Positions 11,536 to 21,210 of a stretch of DNA of 42,873 nucleotides are shown here, one piece after another. The stretch lies in assembly GCA_043819135.1 (NCBI GenBank), contig JBDRFG010000112.1, forward strand, positions 1 to 42,873, read 5' to 3'. The translations under genes were made by a program, and so were the position numbers. Positions within the stretch are counted from its first letter, which is position 1. Each line of letters opens with the position of its first letter. Below the pieces are notes generated by a model, which searched no databases, was not told where the DNA came from, and saw nothing but the letters and a program-made list of their open reading frames with translations. The DNA comes from Candidatus Eiseniibacteriota bacterium (GTDB taxonomy: Bacteria; Joyebacterota; Joyebacteria; Joyebacterales; Joyebacteraceae).

Positions 11536-12369
11536 GTGAGTATCGATAGACGACAGCTCGCGTCGCGGCTTCTGACCGCGTCGGTCGGAGCGCCCATTAC
11601 GATCATCTGCTCTCTCGTGGGTGGCATCCCGTTCCTGCTCGCAATGAACCTCGTGATCGGCGCCGGCCTCTTCGAGTTCTACCGCATGATGGAAGCCAAG
11701 GGCATCAAGCCCTTCAAGACCGTCGGAGTGGCGGCGGGCCTGGGCGTCTCCTGGTACGTCTACTTCCTGGGAGGCGTCTTCTCCGGGCTCTTCATCACCC
11801 TGGTGCTTGTCGCGATAATGGCGATGGAGCTCTTCAGGCGGGACGGGGAGCTCGCGGTCTTCCACATATCGACGACCATTCTGGGCGTCTTCTACGTCGC
11901 CTGGCTCGGGAGCCACATCATCCTGCTGAGGCAGCTCGGAGAGGGTATCATCGGTGCCGACTTCGGCGGGTTCTTCGTCATCCTCGCGTTCGCTCTGGCG
12001 TGGGGGACAGACACTGGGGCCTACTTCGTCGGGAACGCCATCGGGAAGAGGAAGCTGCTTCCCCGAGTGAGTCCGAGCAAGTCCGTCGAAGGAGCCCTGG
12101 GCGGGCTCGTGGTAGCGATCGTCGTCGCTCTGGTCGCCAGAGCCACGGTCGTTCCACTTCTTACGATCCTGGATGCGCTGCTGCTGGGCCTGACGGCCCC
12201 GATCATGGCCGTCCTCGGTGACCTCGTCGAGTCCCTGATGAAGCGTGACGTCCGGATCAAGGACACGTCTCGTGCGTTGCCCGGTCACGGGGGAATGCTC
12301 GATCGCTTCGACAGCGTGCTGTTCGTCGCTCCGCTCGTTTACTACTACCTTAGATTTCTGGTGGTGTAG
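11536..12369 (+). CDS. cdsA: Phosphatidate cytidylyltransferase
   Basis: Multi-pass membrane protein with DTGAYF.G, SPSKSVEG, GDLVESLMKR, KD...LPGHGGMLDRFDS. Confidence 0.95.
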   Translation: MSIDRRQLASRLLTASVGAPITIICSLVGGIPFLLAMNLVIGAGLFEFYRMMEAKGIKPFKTVGVAAGLGVSWYVYFLGGVFSGLFITLVLVAIMAMELFRRDGELAVFHISTTILGVFYVAWLGSHIILLRQLGEGIIGADFGGFFVILAFALAWGTDTGAYFVGNAIGKRKLLPRVSPSKSVEGALGGLVVAIVVALVARATVVPLLTILDALLLGLTAPIMAVLGDLVESLMKRDVRIKDTSRALPGHGGMLDRFDSVLFVAPLVYYYLRFLVV

Positions 12370-12414
12370 CCTGCCACCTTGCGGCCGCACAACGCGATCC
12401 GCACGGGAGCGCTC

Positions 12415-13626
12415 TTGTCGCCACGCAAGCGCATAGCGGTTCTCGGGTCCACGGGCTCGATCGGACGGAGCGTGCTGTCCGTCGTCGAGTCCAATCCTGA
12501 CGCCTTCCAGATCGTCAGCCTGTCCGCTTTGACGAGCGCGGAGCTCCTCGCCGAGCAGGCGAGGCGGTTCGGCGTCACGCGAGTCGCCATAGGTGAAGAC
12601 GCGGCCGACGCGGCTGTCCTCGGGAATGATCTGGAGGTCGGGGTGGGCGAAGAGGCGCTGGTGGCGCTTGCGTCCGATCCCGGGACGGATCTTGTGGTCA
12701 ACGCGCTGGTCGGCACCGCCGGCCTTCCGGTGACCGCGGCCTCCGTCGCGGCCGGCAAGAGGCTGGCCATCGCGAACAAGGAATCACTGGTGATGGCGGG
12801 CGAACTCGTGATGCGCCTCGCCGGGCAGACGGGCGGCGAGCTGATACCGGTCGACAGCGAGCACAGTTCCATATTCCGCTGTCTCAGGGGAGTGGCTCAC
12901 GGCGAGGTGTGCGGTGTAGTGCTGACGGCGTCCGGCGGCCCGCTGCGTGACACGCCGCTCGAGGAGGTGCGGGACGCGGATGTTGCCGCGGTTCTGTCGC
13001 ACCCCACGTGGGACATGGGCGAGAAGATCACGGTCGACTCCGCCACGCTGGTCAACAAGGCGATGGAGGTCGTGGAGGCCATGTGGCTCTTCGATCTTCC
13101 GCCGGAGCGAGTCGACGTGGTCGTGCACCGCGAGTCTGTGGTTCACTCGTTCGTGCAACTAAGCGACGGCAGCCTGCTGGCGCATCTTGGCACGCCCGAC
13201 ATGCGCGTGCCCATACAGTACGCTCTCTTCTACCCGGATGCGCCCGGAGTGTCGTTCGACGAGTTCCGGCCTGCCGAGATGGGGGCGCTGAACTTCGGTC
13301 CCGTCGAGCACGAGCGATATCCGTGTTTCGAACTCGTTCTCGCAAGCGCCCGCGAGGGAGGCACCGCGCCCACGACCGCCGTGACGGCGGACGAGGTCGC
13401 CGTAGGCGCGTACCTTGCGGGCAGGATCCGGTTCGGCGACATTGCCACCGTGATAGCCGGGACGCTCGAGGCGGAGCGCTCGGGCCCCGCCGAGGACCTC
13501 GCCACCGTCTTCAAGGCCGAGCGGAGCGCCCGGGCCACCGCCACTGAGATCGTCGATGACATCGCCGGCCGCTCGTCACGAGGGCCGGCTGGCGCCGCAC
13601 ACAAGAGCGGCCTCTCCGGAGTCTGA
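12415..13626 (+). CDS. dxr: 1-deoxy-D-xylulose-5-phosphate reductoisomerase
   Basis: LGSTGSIG, LAIANKESLV, PVDSEH, LTASGGP, HPTW.MG.KITVDSAT, PDMRVPI. TTG at 12415 after GGGAG preferred over 12379. Confidence 0.94.
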   Translation: MSPRKRIAVLGSTGSIGRSVLSVVESNPDAFQIVSLSALTSAELLAEQARRFGVTRVAIGEDAADAAVLGNDLEVGVGEEALVALASDPGTDLVVNALVGTAGLPVTAASVAAGKRLAIANKESLVMAGELVMRLAGQTGGELIPVDSEHSSIFRCLRGVAHGEVCGVVLTASGGPLRDTPLEEVRDADVAAVLSHPTWDMGEKITVDSATLVNKAMEVVEAMWLFDLPPERVDVVVHRESVVHSFVQLSDGSLLAHLGTPDMRVPIQYALFYPDAPGVSFDEFRPAEMGALNFGPVEHERYPCFELVLASAREGGTAPTTAVTADEVAVGAYLAGRIRFGDIATVIAGTLEAERSGPAEDLATVFKAERSARATATEIVDDIAGRSSRGPAGAAHKSGLSGV

Positions 13627-13632
13627 CGCCTG

Positions 13633-14955
13633 ATGATACGTTTCTATCTCTACGCGATAGTCTTCAATTTGGGGATCCTCATTTTCATTCACGAGCTCGG
13701 GCACTATCTGGCCGCCCGACTCTCGGGAGTGACCGTCGAACGATTCTCGATGGGTTTCGGCCCCCGCATCCTCAAGTTCACGCGCGGCGCGACCGAGTAC
13801 GCCCTGTCGGCGATACCGTTTGGCGGCTACGTGAAGATGGCCGGCACGGAGCAGCCGGTCGAGGGCGACGAGACCGAGTTCGGTTCCGACACGTTTCTCG
13901 GCAAGCGGCTAGGGATTCGCGCGCTCATCGTGGCCGCGGGACCGACCACGAACCTCATCTGGGCCTTTCTGGTCACCATAGGCGTTCTGCTCTTTGCCGG
14001 ACTTCCGACGCTGGGCGAACCCATCGTCGGCGAAGTGGAGGAGGGTCTCCCCGCGGCGGTTGCCGGGCTTCTTCCGGGTGACCGCATCCTTTCCGTCGGC
14101 GGGACGGACGTCTCGAGTTGGGAAGAAGTCGTCGAACTCGCCGCGGTTGAGGAGGGGGACGTCCGTCTGGCCGTGGAACGCGGCAGGGACTCCGGTGAGA
14201 TCGTCGAGCTGACCATGAACTTCGCCGAAGACGAGGAGACGGGCGACGTCGGTCTGGGCCTGACGGCCTACGTCCCGCCGATCGTCGGGGATGTCATGAG
14301 CGGCGGACCCGCGGACCTCGCGGGGATGGAGCCCGGCGACCGTATCGTCTCCATCGATGACGCGCCGGTAGCAACGTGGAACGAACTCGGTGGCATCATC
14401 CACGAGAGTCCAGATGTTGAGCTGGCCATAGTATGGGAGCGGGACGGTCAGGTGATGAGCGCGAGCGTCGTGCCCGAGGAGGGGGAGGAGCCCGTGGGCA
14501 CGACGGACGTCCGCACGGTCGGCATGATCGGCATCATGCGTTCCTGGGAGACCAGGCGGCTGAGCCCGGGAGAGGCCGTGACGACGGCGTTGAGACTGAC
14601 GGGCGCGAACCTGCGCATGATTGTCGAGTTCTTCATCGGGCTGGCCACGGGGCAGGTCTCGGGGAGCATGGTGGGCGGGCCGATCAAAGTGGTCCAGATG
14701 GCCAGCGAGAGCGCCAGGTGGGGAGCAAGCTACTTCTTCGGGTTCATGGCGTTCATGTCACTCAACCTGTTTCTGATCAACATGCTGCCGCTGCCGATCC
14801 TCGACGGCGGACATCTGCTGCTCATGGCGCTTGAGAAGGTGCGACGACGCGGGTTGACCGAAAGACAGCTCATGGTCTGGCAGCAGGTGGGCCTGGTCTT
14901 TTTCGCCAGCCTGATGGTGTTCCTGCTCGTGCGAGACACCCTGAGGTTCGGCTGA
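13633..14955 (+). CDS. rseP: RIP metalloprotease RseP (M50, two PDZ domains)
   Basis: HELGH, FSMGFGP, IPFGGYVKM, AGP, two PDZ-like repeats (PA..AGL.PGDRI), NMLPLPILDGGH. Confidence 0.95.
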   Translation: MIRFYLYAIVFNLGILIFIHELGHYLAARLSGVTVERFSMGFGPRILKFTRGATEYALSAIPFGGYVKMAGTEQPVEGDETEFGSDTFLGKRLGIRALIVAAGPTTNLIWAFLVTIGVLLFAGLPTLGEPIVGEVEEGLPAAVAGLLPGDRILSVGGTDVSSWEEVVELAAVEEGDVRLAVERGRDSGEIVELTMNFAEDEETGDVGLGLTAYVPPIVGDVMSGGPADLAGMEPGDRIVSIDDAPVATWNELGGIIHESPDVELAIVWERDGQVMSASVVPEEGEEPVGTTDVRTVGMIGIMRSWETRRLSPGEAVTTALRLTGANLRMIVEFFIGLATGQVSGSMVGGPIKVVQMASESARWGASYFFGFMAFMSLNLFLINMLPLPILDGGHLLLMALEKVRRRGLTERQLMVWQQVGLVFFASLMVFLLVRDTLRFG

Positions 14956-14970
14956 GGGCGCTCGCCGGCC

Positions 14971-15369
14971 CTACTCGCCTCCGACGCCGTCGGCCTGCCC
15001 GGCGTCGTCGCTTCTGAGTTCGCCGATCCTGGTGTCGATCTCTCGCTCGATCTCGACCCATCTCTTCGGGCGGGAGCGGAGCAGCGCGGCGAACTCCTCC
15101 ACCTGCTCACGCGAGTGTCCTTTGCTTCCCAACTCGATCGTCCGCGCATAGGCGGCCTTGCCCGAGCGCCCCTCTTCGACCGCGATAGTCAGAGCGGCGA
15201 TATGTGCGACGTAGTCGCTCTCCGTCATCGAGGATGTTCCGGGGGTGTCGGGGCCACCCGTCTCGCCTTCCTGCCCGCACCCGGCTGCCAGAAGAGAGGC
15301 GAGCGCGAGCAGCGCCGCCGTCCGTATGCAGGTAGCCGCCCTCCGTTTACACGCGCTCAGTCGAAGCAC
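14971..15369 (-). CDS. Hypothetical lipoprotein
   Basis: GTG start with GGAGG RBS; signal peptide with LAAG-C lipobox; helical C-terminal part; fills the gap between rseP and a divergent promoter. Confidence 0.7.
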   Translation of the reverse strand: MLRLSACKRRAATCIRTAALLALASLLAAGCGQEGETGGPDTPGTSSMTESDYVAHIAALTIAVEEGRSGKAAYARTIELGSKGHSREQVEEFAALLRSRPKRWVEIEREIDTRIGELRSDDAGQADGVGGE

Positions 15370-15451
15370 CGTCGTCCCCTCCGCGTCAGAGGTCCGTGAG
15401 ATACCAGAACACCATCATCGTGGCAGCCACCGGTGAAGTCAACCGCCGGAG

Positions 15452-15480
15452 TTGACACACCTTAGAACGATGCCTAGAAT
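15452..15480 (+). promoter_or_regulatory. sigma70-type promoter for the Omp85 fusion gene
   Basis: TTGACA (15452-15457), 17 bp, TAGAAT (15475-15480). Confidence 0.78.
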
Positions 15481-15542
15481 AGGACCATGGAGGCACACTT
15501 CTTCATCCCGAAGCTGACCGGAGCCCCCGGGAGGACGAACAC

Positions 15543-18500
15543 ATGCAGAGGACGTGGCGCGCAGCAGCCGTACTCGTCACCGCGCTCATCGCGGCCACCA
15601 TGGTCCCCGGAGACGTGCACGCCACGCGGTTCGGGCGAAACAAGGTCCAGTACGGCGCCTTCACCTGGAACGTAGCCCACACCGAGCACTTCGACGTCTA
15701 CTTCTACGATGGTTCGGAGGACCTGGCCGACGCCGTCTCGAGAATCATCGAGTCCGCAAACGCCGAGTTCGAGGTGGTCCTCGGTCACGAGCTCACGACG
15801 GTCATACCGGTCATCGTTTACGCCTCGCACAACGACTTCCGGCAGACCAACGTCTCCGACACGCACATCGGCGAGGGCGTGGGCGGGTTCACCGAGCTCT
15901 TCAAGAACCGCGTCGTCGTGCCTTTCACCGGCTCCTACGAGGATCTCCGTCACGTTCTCTATCACGAGCTGACGCACGTCTTCATGTTCGACATCGTCTA
16001 CGGCGGCCTCGTCGAGTCAGTCATCCGGCAGGCCTATACCAACCCGGTCCCGCTCTGGTTCGTCGAGGGGCTGGCCGAGTACGTCTCGCGTGGATGGGAC
16101 TCCCAGGCGGAGATGATACTCCGCGACCTCACTCTGTCCGACACCATCATCCCCCTCCAGTATCTCTGGGGCGGCTATCTCGTCTACAAGGAGGGCCAGT
16201 CGGTGCTCTGCTTCATCGCGGACACCTACGGCCCCGAGAAGATCGAGGAGATGGTCAAGACCGTCGCCAGGACTCACAGCCTGGAGCGTGCGCTGATGGA
16301 CGCGACCGGATTCACGACGGTTGAGCTCTCCAAGGAGTGGGAGCGTTCGCTCAAGAAGAGATACTGGCCGGAGATCTCCGGGAGGGATCGCGGCGAGGAC
16401 ATCCTGAGGCTCGTCACCGACCACGGCAAGGACAACTCCTATCTGAACCTGGGTCCGGCCGCCTCGCCTGATGGCCAGAGGGTCGCGTTCATCACGGACA
16501 GGAGCGGCTACTCGGACATCTATGTGGCTTCCATGCTGGACGGTACCGTCCTCAGCAAGCCCGTCAAGGGCGAGCGCTCGGACGATTTTGAGACGCTTCA
16601 CGTGCTTCGCCCCGGGTCTTCGTGGTCGCCCGACGGAACCGCGTTGTGCTTCGTCGCCAAGGCCGGTGCGACCGACGCCATTCACATCGTCGACGTGGAG
16701 ACCGGGAGGCTTCGCAAGAGTCTCAGGTTCCCCCTCGACGGTGTGTTCACTCCCTCGTGGTCTCCGGACGGCGACCGTATCGCGTTCGTGGGCACCAGCA
16801 GGGGAGCGTCCGACGTCTACCTGGCGGACGTCGACGGTGCGAACCTCGTCCGACTGACCGACGATTTCTTCGATGAACGGACCCCCGTGTGGTCTCCGGA
16901 CGGCCGTCTCATAGCCTTCTCCTCGGACCGCAACGCTCCGATACGGGACGACCTGAGACGGAGCTACGATCTGTACGCCATCGATGTCGCTACGCGAGGT
17001 GTTGAGACACTCGTGGCCACCGCCGCGAACGAGAGCTCGCCGAGCTGGTCGCCCGGCGGATCGAGGCTGGCGTACGTGTCCGATTCGAGCGGGTCGCCGC
17101 AGCTGTATCTTGCCGATCTTGGCGATTCGACGAGCGTGCGTGTGACGAATCTCATCGGGGGCGTGTCCTCACCGAGCTGGTCGCCCGAAGGAGACCGCAT
17201 GGCTCTCGCGGTCTACGGGCGCGGAGGGTGGGACATCGCCTCGGTCAAGGCTCCGCTCGAGGCCTTCGCGGACGCGATCACCGAGGGCGAGCACGTGGCG
17301 AGCATCGACCGCGCCTACCTCCGCGGTGAGGTCGTCGGTGGCCCGTGGTCGCCGGCTCCGTGCGTAGGCGTCGAGGAGGGACCGCCCGCCGGCGACGACG
17401 AGTCCGAGGTGGAGACGGTGGACGCGGCGGAAGTGACGGCCCCAGGCGATGAGTTCGGTGCGGAGACGGTGGACGAGGTGACGGACGTCGCGGAACTGGA
17501 GGCTGTGGACATCGCTTCGGACGTCGAGGGCGCGGAGGCCCGGACGGCCACCGACGCGGCGGCCGGCGCGGCATCTGAAGATTCACCCGTGGACGACGAC
17601 GCGGTTGCCGACTCCGGCAACTCCGTCGCGAAGGCCAGGGCCGCGTACCGGACGGCCGTGGGAGGCCGGGGTCCGCAGTCGGGCGTCCCCAGCCTGGTGG
17701 ACGAGGACGACGCTCGGAAGGTCGGCACGATCGAGCGATACAAGCCGCACTTCACGCCCGACTGGGTCAGCGGCGGATTCGCCTATACGTCGGGCTACGG
17801 TTTCAGCGGCGCGGCGCAGATCGCGGTGAGCGATGTGCTCGGCAACCACCGCTTCTACATCGCCACCAACTTCTTCTCGAGTCTCGAGTCCAGCAACTTC
17901 AACGTGCTCTACGAGCATCTCGCGCGCAGGGCCAATTTCTCGCTGGGCGTGTACAACTTCAAGGACTACTACTACTCCGACCGCACGTGGCTCGGAGAGG
18001 ACCTCGGCGAGAAGCGCTACTTCGCCGAGCGCAGCTACGGCGTGTCGGCCGGGGTCTCGTACCCCTTCAGCATGTTCAGTCGCGTGGAGTTCGACCTCTC
18101 AGCCATCTCGGTGGACAGGCAATACGCCGAGGAGAACGAGGAGGGCTACGTCGAACTCATCGACGAGCAGGTCGCGAGGTCGCTCGTCATTCCCAGCGTT
18201 CGCTTCGTGAATGACACCACCCTGTGGGGTTCCGTGGGTCCCCTGGGAGGCGGCAGATCGTCCGTCGTGCTCCAGCGAGCCTGGGAGACGGGCGGTGACT
18301 TCGCCTACCTCACGGGGATCGCGGACATGCGGAAATACGTGCGGATCGGCTCCCGTCACAGTCTCGCGTTCAAGGGCATCGCGGCGAGGAGTTCGGCGCG
18401 CAACGCGCAGAACTTCTACATGGGAGGCGTCAACAGCCTCCGCGGCTACGACGATTTCGAGTTCCGCGGGCGGAATCTCGCCCTGGCCTCGATCGAGTTT

Positions 18501-18788
18501 CGCTACCCGTTCATAGACCATCTGGAGATCGCTTCGCCCATACCGCTGTCGCTCTGGGGGCTGCGCGGAGTCATGTTCGTCGACGCAGGCGCCGCCTGGG
18601 ACGACGGATTCCGCGGCGTCGTCAGCGGTTCGGGCGGCCACACGCTGAACGACATCAAGGCCAGCACCGGCGTCGGTGTCAGGATGCGGCTGTCGATGTT
18701 CGTCATACGCGTCGACTGGGCGTGGCCGACCGACCTTCAGAGCACCGGCGGCGCGATGACCCATTTCGCTCTGGGCGCCGAGTTCTGA
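15543..18788 (+). CDS. Secreted multidomain protein: zincin (peptidase MA-like) + PD40/TolB-like propeller + Omp85/BamA-TamA-type barrel
   Basis: Signal peptide; FGRNKVQY; HELTH...WFVEGLAEY; repeated P.WSPDG; barrel-end motifs MGG..SLRGY, EFRYP, FVDAG.AW, G.GVR; terminal Phe (GAEF). Confidence 0.85.
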   Translation: MQRTWRAAAVLVTALIAATMVPGDVHATRFGRNKVQYGAFTWNVAHTEHFDVYFYDGSEDLADAVSRIIESANAEFEVVLGHELTTVIPVIVYASHNDFRQTNVSDTHIGEGVGGFTELFKNRVVVPFTGSYEDLRHVLYHELTHVFMFDIVYGGLVESVIRQAYTNPVPLWFVEGLAEYVSRGWDSQAEMILRDLTLSDTIIPLQYLWGGYLVYKEGQSVLCFIADTYGPEKIEEMVKTVARTHSLERALMDATGFTTVELSKEWERSLKKRYWPEISGRDRGEDILRLVTDHGKDNSYLNLGPAASPDGQRVAFITDRSGYSDIYVASMLDGTVLSKPVKGERSDDFETLHVLRPGSSWSPDGTALCFVAKAGATDAIHIVDVETGRLRKSLRFPLDGVFTPSWSPDGDRIAFVGTSRGASDVYLADVDGANLVRLTDDFFDERTPVWSPDGRLIAFSSDRNAPIRDDLRRSYDLYAIDVATRGVETLVATAANESSPSWSPGGSRLAYVSDSSGSPQLYLADLGDSTSVRVTNLIGGVSSPSWSPEGDRMALAVYGRGGWDIASVKAPLEAFADAITEGEHVASIDRAYLRGEVVGGPWSPAPCVGVEEGPPAGDDESEVETVDAAEVTAPGDEFGAETVDEVTDVAELEAVDIASDVEGAEARTATDAAAGAASEDSPVDDDAVADSGNSVAKARAAYRTAVGGRGPQSGVPSLVDEDDARKVGTIERYKPHFTPDWVSGGFAYTSGYGFSGAAQIAVSDVLGNHRFYIATNFFSSLESSNFNVLYEHLARRANFSLGVYNFKDYYYSDRTWLGEDLGEKRYFAERSYGVSAGVSYPFSMFSRVEFDLSAISVDRQYAEENEEGYVELIDEQVARSLVIPSVRFVNDTTLWGSVGPLGGGRSSVVLQRAWETGGDFAYLTGIADMRKYVRIGSRHSLAFKGIAARSSARNAQNFYMGGVNSLRGYDDFEFRGRNLALASIEFRYPFIDHLEIASPIPLSLWGLRGVMFVDAGAAWDDGFRGVVSGSGGHTLNDIKASTGVGVRMRLSMFVIRVDWAWPTDLQSTGGAMTHFALGAEF

Positions 18789-18930
18789 CCGTGGTCCGCT
18801 CGCGCGGCCGCCCCGTTCGCGCGGTCATCGAAACGGACGCGGTTCTCCGCGGGCGCCCGTCCCCGTTACGCGCAGGACCGCTCCTGACGCGCCCGCCCAT
18901 GCGTATCCCCACGTGCAGGAGGAGGAAGCT

Positions 18931-21165
18931 CTGGGAACGGACCTTGTGAAGGACCTCAACCCCGTTCAGCGGGAGGCAGTGAGCCACGGTGAGGGGCCGC
19001 TGCTCGTCCTCGCTGGAGCCGGCAGCGGCAAGACGCGCGTCCTGACGTACAGGATCGCGCACCTCATAGGCGAGCTGGGGGTGAGCCCTCGGCGTATCCT
19101 CGCGGTGACGTTCACCAACAAGGCCGCCGAGGAGATGAAGCGCAGGGTGGTCGAGCTGGTGGGCGCCGACGCCCGGCACGCGTGGATCGGCACGTTCCAC
19201 TCGGTATGCGCGAGGATGCTGAGGCGCGAGGCCGGTTGGGGCTGGTGGTCTCCGTCGTTCTCCATCTACGACGACAGCGATCAGACGGCACTCATCAAGA
19301 GCTGCATGGAGAGGACTTTCGTCTCGACCTCGGTCTTCTCGCCCAAGGCGATCCTCTCTGCGATCTCCAGAGCCAAGGACAAGCTCCTGACGGCCGACGG
19401 CTACCGCGGAACCGGCGGGGGCTACTTCGAGGAATGCGTCGCCAAGGTCTACGCGGAGTACGAGAAGGGACTCATCGAGAACAACGCCTTCGATTTCGAC
19501 GACCTGATCATGCGGGCCGTCGGGCTTCTTCGAGGGACGAAGGAGGTCCTCGACGCGTATTCGGAGCGCTTCGAGCACATCCTCGTCGATGAGTACCAGG
19601 ACACGAGCCACGCGCAATACGAGCTCGTGAACCTGCTTTCGTCGACGCACCGCAACATATGCGTTGTCGGTGACGACGACCAGTCGATCTACGGCTGGCG
19701 CGGCGCCGACATCTCGAACATCCTCGATTTCGAGCACGACCACCCCGAAGCCCTGGTGCTTCGGCTCGAACAGAACTACAGGTCCACGGGGAACATCCTC
19801 GAGGCTGCCCACGATGTCGTCAGCAGGAACGAGCGCCGGAAGGAGAAGAAGCTCTGGACCGAGAGGGACCAGGGGCGGAAGGTGGCGCTCGTCAGGTGCT
19901 CGAACGAGTATCAGGAGGCCGACGCCATAAGAGACCGCGTCGTCGAGCTGACGGCGGACGGAGCGCGCGACCACCACGAGTTCGCCGTGCTCTACAGGAC
20001 GCACGCCCAATCGAGGGTCATAGAGGACAGCCTGCGTCGGGCGTCCGTTCCCTACGACATAGTCGGAGGTGTCAGGTTCTACGAGCGCGCCGAGGTCAAG
20101 GACGTTCTGGCCTACGCGCGCGTGATCTCCAACCCCGCCGACGCCGTGAGTCTGTCGCGCATCATCAACGTCCCGCCGAGGAAGATAGGGGACCGGTCGC
20201 TCGAACGCCTCAAGGAATTCGCCGCCGACCGACGCGTGTCGCTCCTGGACGCTCTCGCCCTGAGCGCGGAGGTCGAGGGGCTTCCCGCTGCTGCCCGGGA
20301 CTCCGCGACGGCGCTGGCGGGCGTGCTCAAACGCGCGACCGTCAGAGCCGAGCACGACCCGGTCGACGCCGTCCTCGAGGGGCTGCTCACAGACACCGGA
20401 TACCTCGAGTGGCTGCAGAAGAGCCGCACCGAGGAATCCGAACAGCGCGTGGCGAACGTGCAGGAACTGGTGTCCGCCGCTAGCGAGTTCGTCGAGTCCA
20501 GCGGAGAGGAGAGCCTGTCCGCATTCCTCGAGACTGTCTCGCTCGTGGCGAACATCGACCGGTGGGCGGACGGCGCGAACGCCGTGTCGCTCATGACCCT
20601 GCACAACGCCAAGGGGCTCGAGTTCGGTATCGTCATGATCCCGGGCGTGGAGGACGGACTCCTGCCACACGAGTCCGCCTTCCTTGATGACGAGGAACTC
20701 GAGGAAGAGCGTCGGCTCTTCTACGTGGGCATGACCCGGGCGAAGGACGAACTCCACGTGTTCTCAGCGGACACAAGGAGGAGGGCGGGCATGATGGAAC
20801 TCCGTTCGGCCTCGCGGTTCCTGGATGAGATCGACCCGTCGCACGTGGAGGTCCAGTCGCTCTCGCCGGGACGTGGCCGGGGGGCGACTCCCGCTGCCGG
20901 CGGCTCTATCCGCACCTTCGCCGGGCGTCGTCGGGGGACGGCCTCGCGCTCTGGGGACGGCGCGTTTCCCGACTACGAGAGCTTCTCCCAGGAGGCGCCG
21001 GAGTTCGGCCCGGGAACGCGCGTGCGGCACGCCAGATGGGGCGAGGGCGTCGTGCTGGAGCTCGCGGGAGAGTCCGGCGACGCGGTCGCCCGCATCAGAT
21101 TCGCCGATGACGTCGAGAAGCGCATCATGCTAAGGTACGGCAAACTGGAGGCCGTGTCGGACTGA
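18931..21165 (+). CDS. pcrA: ATP-dependent DNA helicase PcrA/UvrD
   Basis: LAGAGSGKTRVLT, TFTNKAA, VDEYQDT, VGDDDQSIYGWRGA, LEQNYRS, MTLHNAKGLEF, EERRLFYVGMTRA, C-terminal Tudor-like domain. Start uncertain: CTG 18931 (best RBS), GTG 18913 or GTG 18946. Confidence 0.93.
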   Translation: MGTDLVKDLNPVQREAVSHGEGPLLVLAGAGSGKTRVLTYRIAHLIGELGVSPRRILAVTFTNKAAEEMKRRVVELVGADARHAWIGTFHSVCARMLRREAGWGWWSPSFSIYDDSDQTALIKSCMERTFVSTSVFSPKAILSAISRAKDKLLTADGYRGTGGGYFEECVAKVYAEYEKGLIENNAFDFDDLIMRAVGLLRGTKEVLDAYSERFEHILVDEYQDTSHAQYELVNLLSSTHRNICVVGDDDQSIYGWRGADISNILDFEHDHPEALVLRLEQNYRSTGNILEAAHDVVSRNERRKEKKLWTERDQGRKVALVRCSNEYQEADAIRDRVVELTADGARDHHEFAVLYRTHAQSRVIEDSLRRASVPYDIVGGVRFYERAEVKDVLAYARVISNPADAVSLSRIINVPPRKIGDRSLERLKEFAADRRVSLLDALALSAEVEGLPAAARDSATALAGVLKRATVRAEHDPVDAVLEGLLTDTGYLEWLQKSRTEESEQRVANVQELVSAASEFVESSGEESLSAFLETVSLVANIDRWADGANAVSLMTLHNAKGLEFGIVMIPGVEDGLLPHESAFLDDEELEEERRLFYVGMTRAKDELHVFSADTRRRAGMMELRSASRFLDEIDPSHVEVQSLSPGRGRGATPAAGGSIRTFAGRRRGTASRSGDGAFPDYESFSQEAPEFGPGTRVRHARWGEGVVLELAGESGDAVARIRFADDVEKRIMLRYGKLEAVSD

Positions 21166-21170
21166 CGGTC

Positions 21171-21210
21171 GCGGTGCGGTCGAAGGTCATGCGGTGCGGT
21201 CGGAGGTCAT
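21171..21210 (+). repeat. 20-bp tandem direct repeat (2 copies, 1 mismatch) spanning the gatC RBS/start
   Basis: GCGGTGCGGTCGAAGGTCAT followed by GCGGTGCGGTCGGAGGTCAT. Confidence 0.85.
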
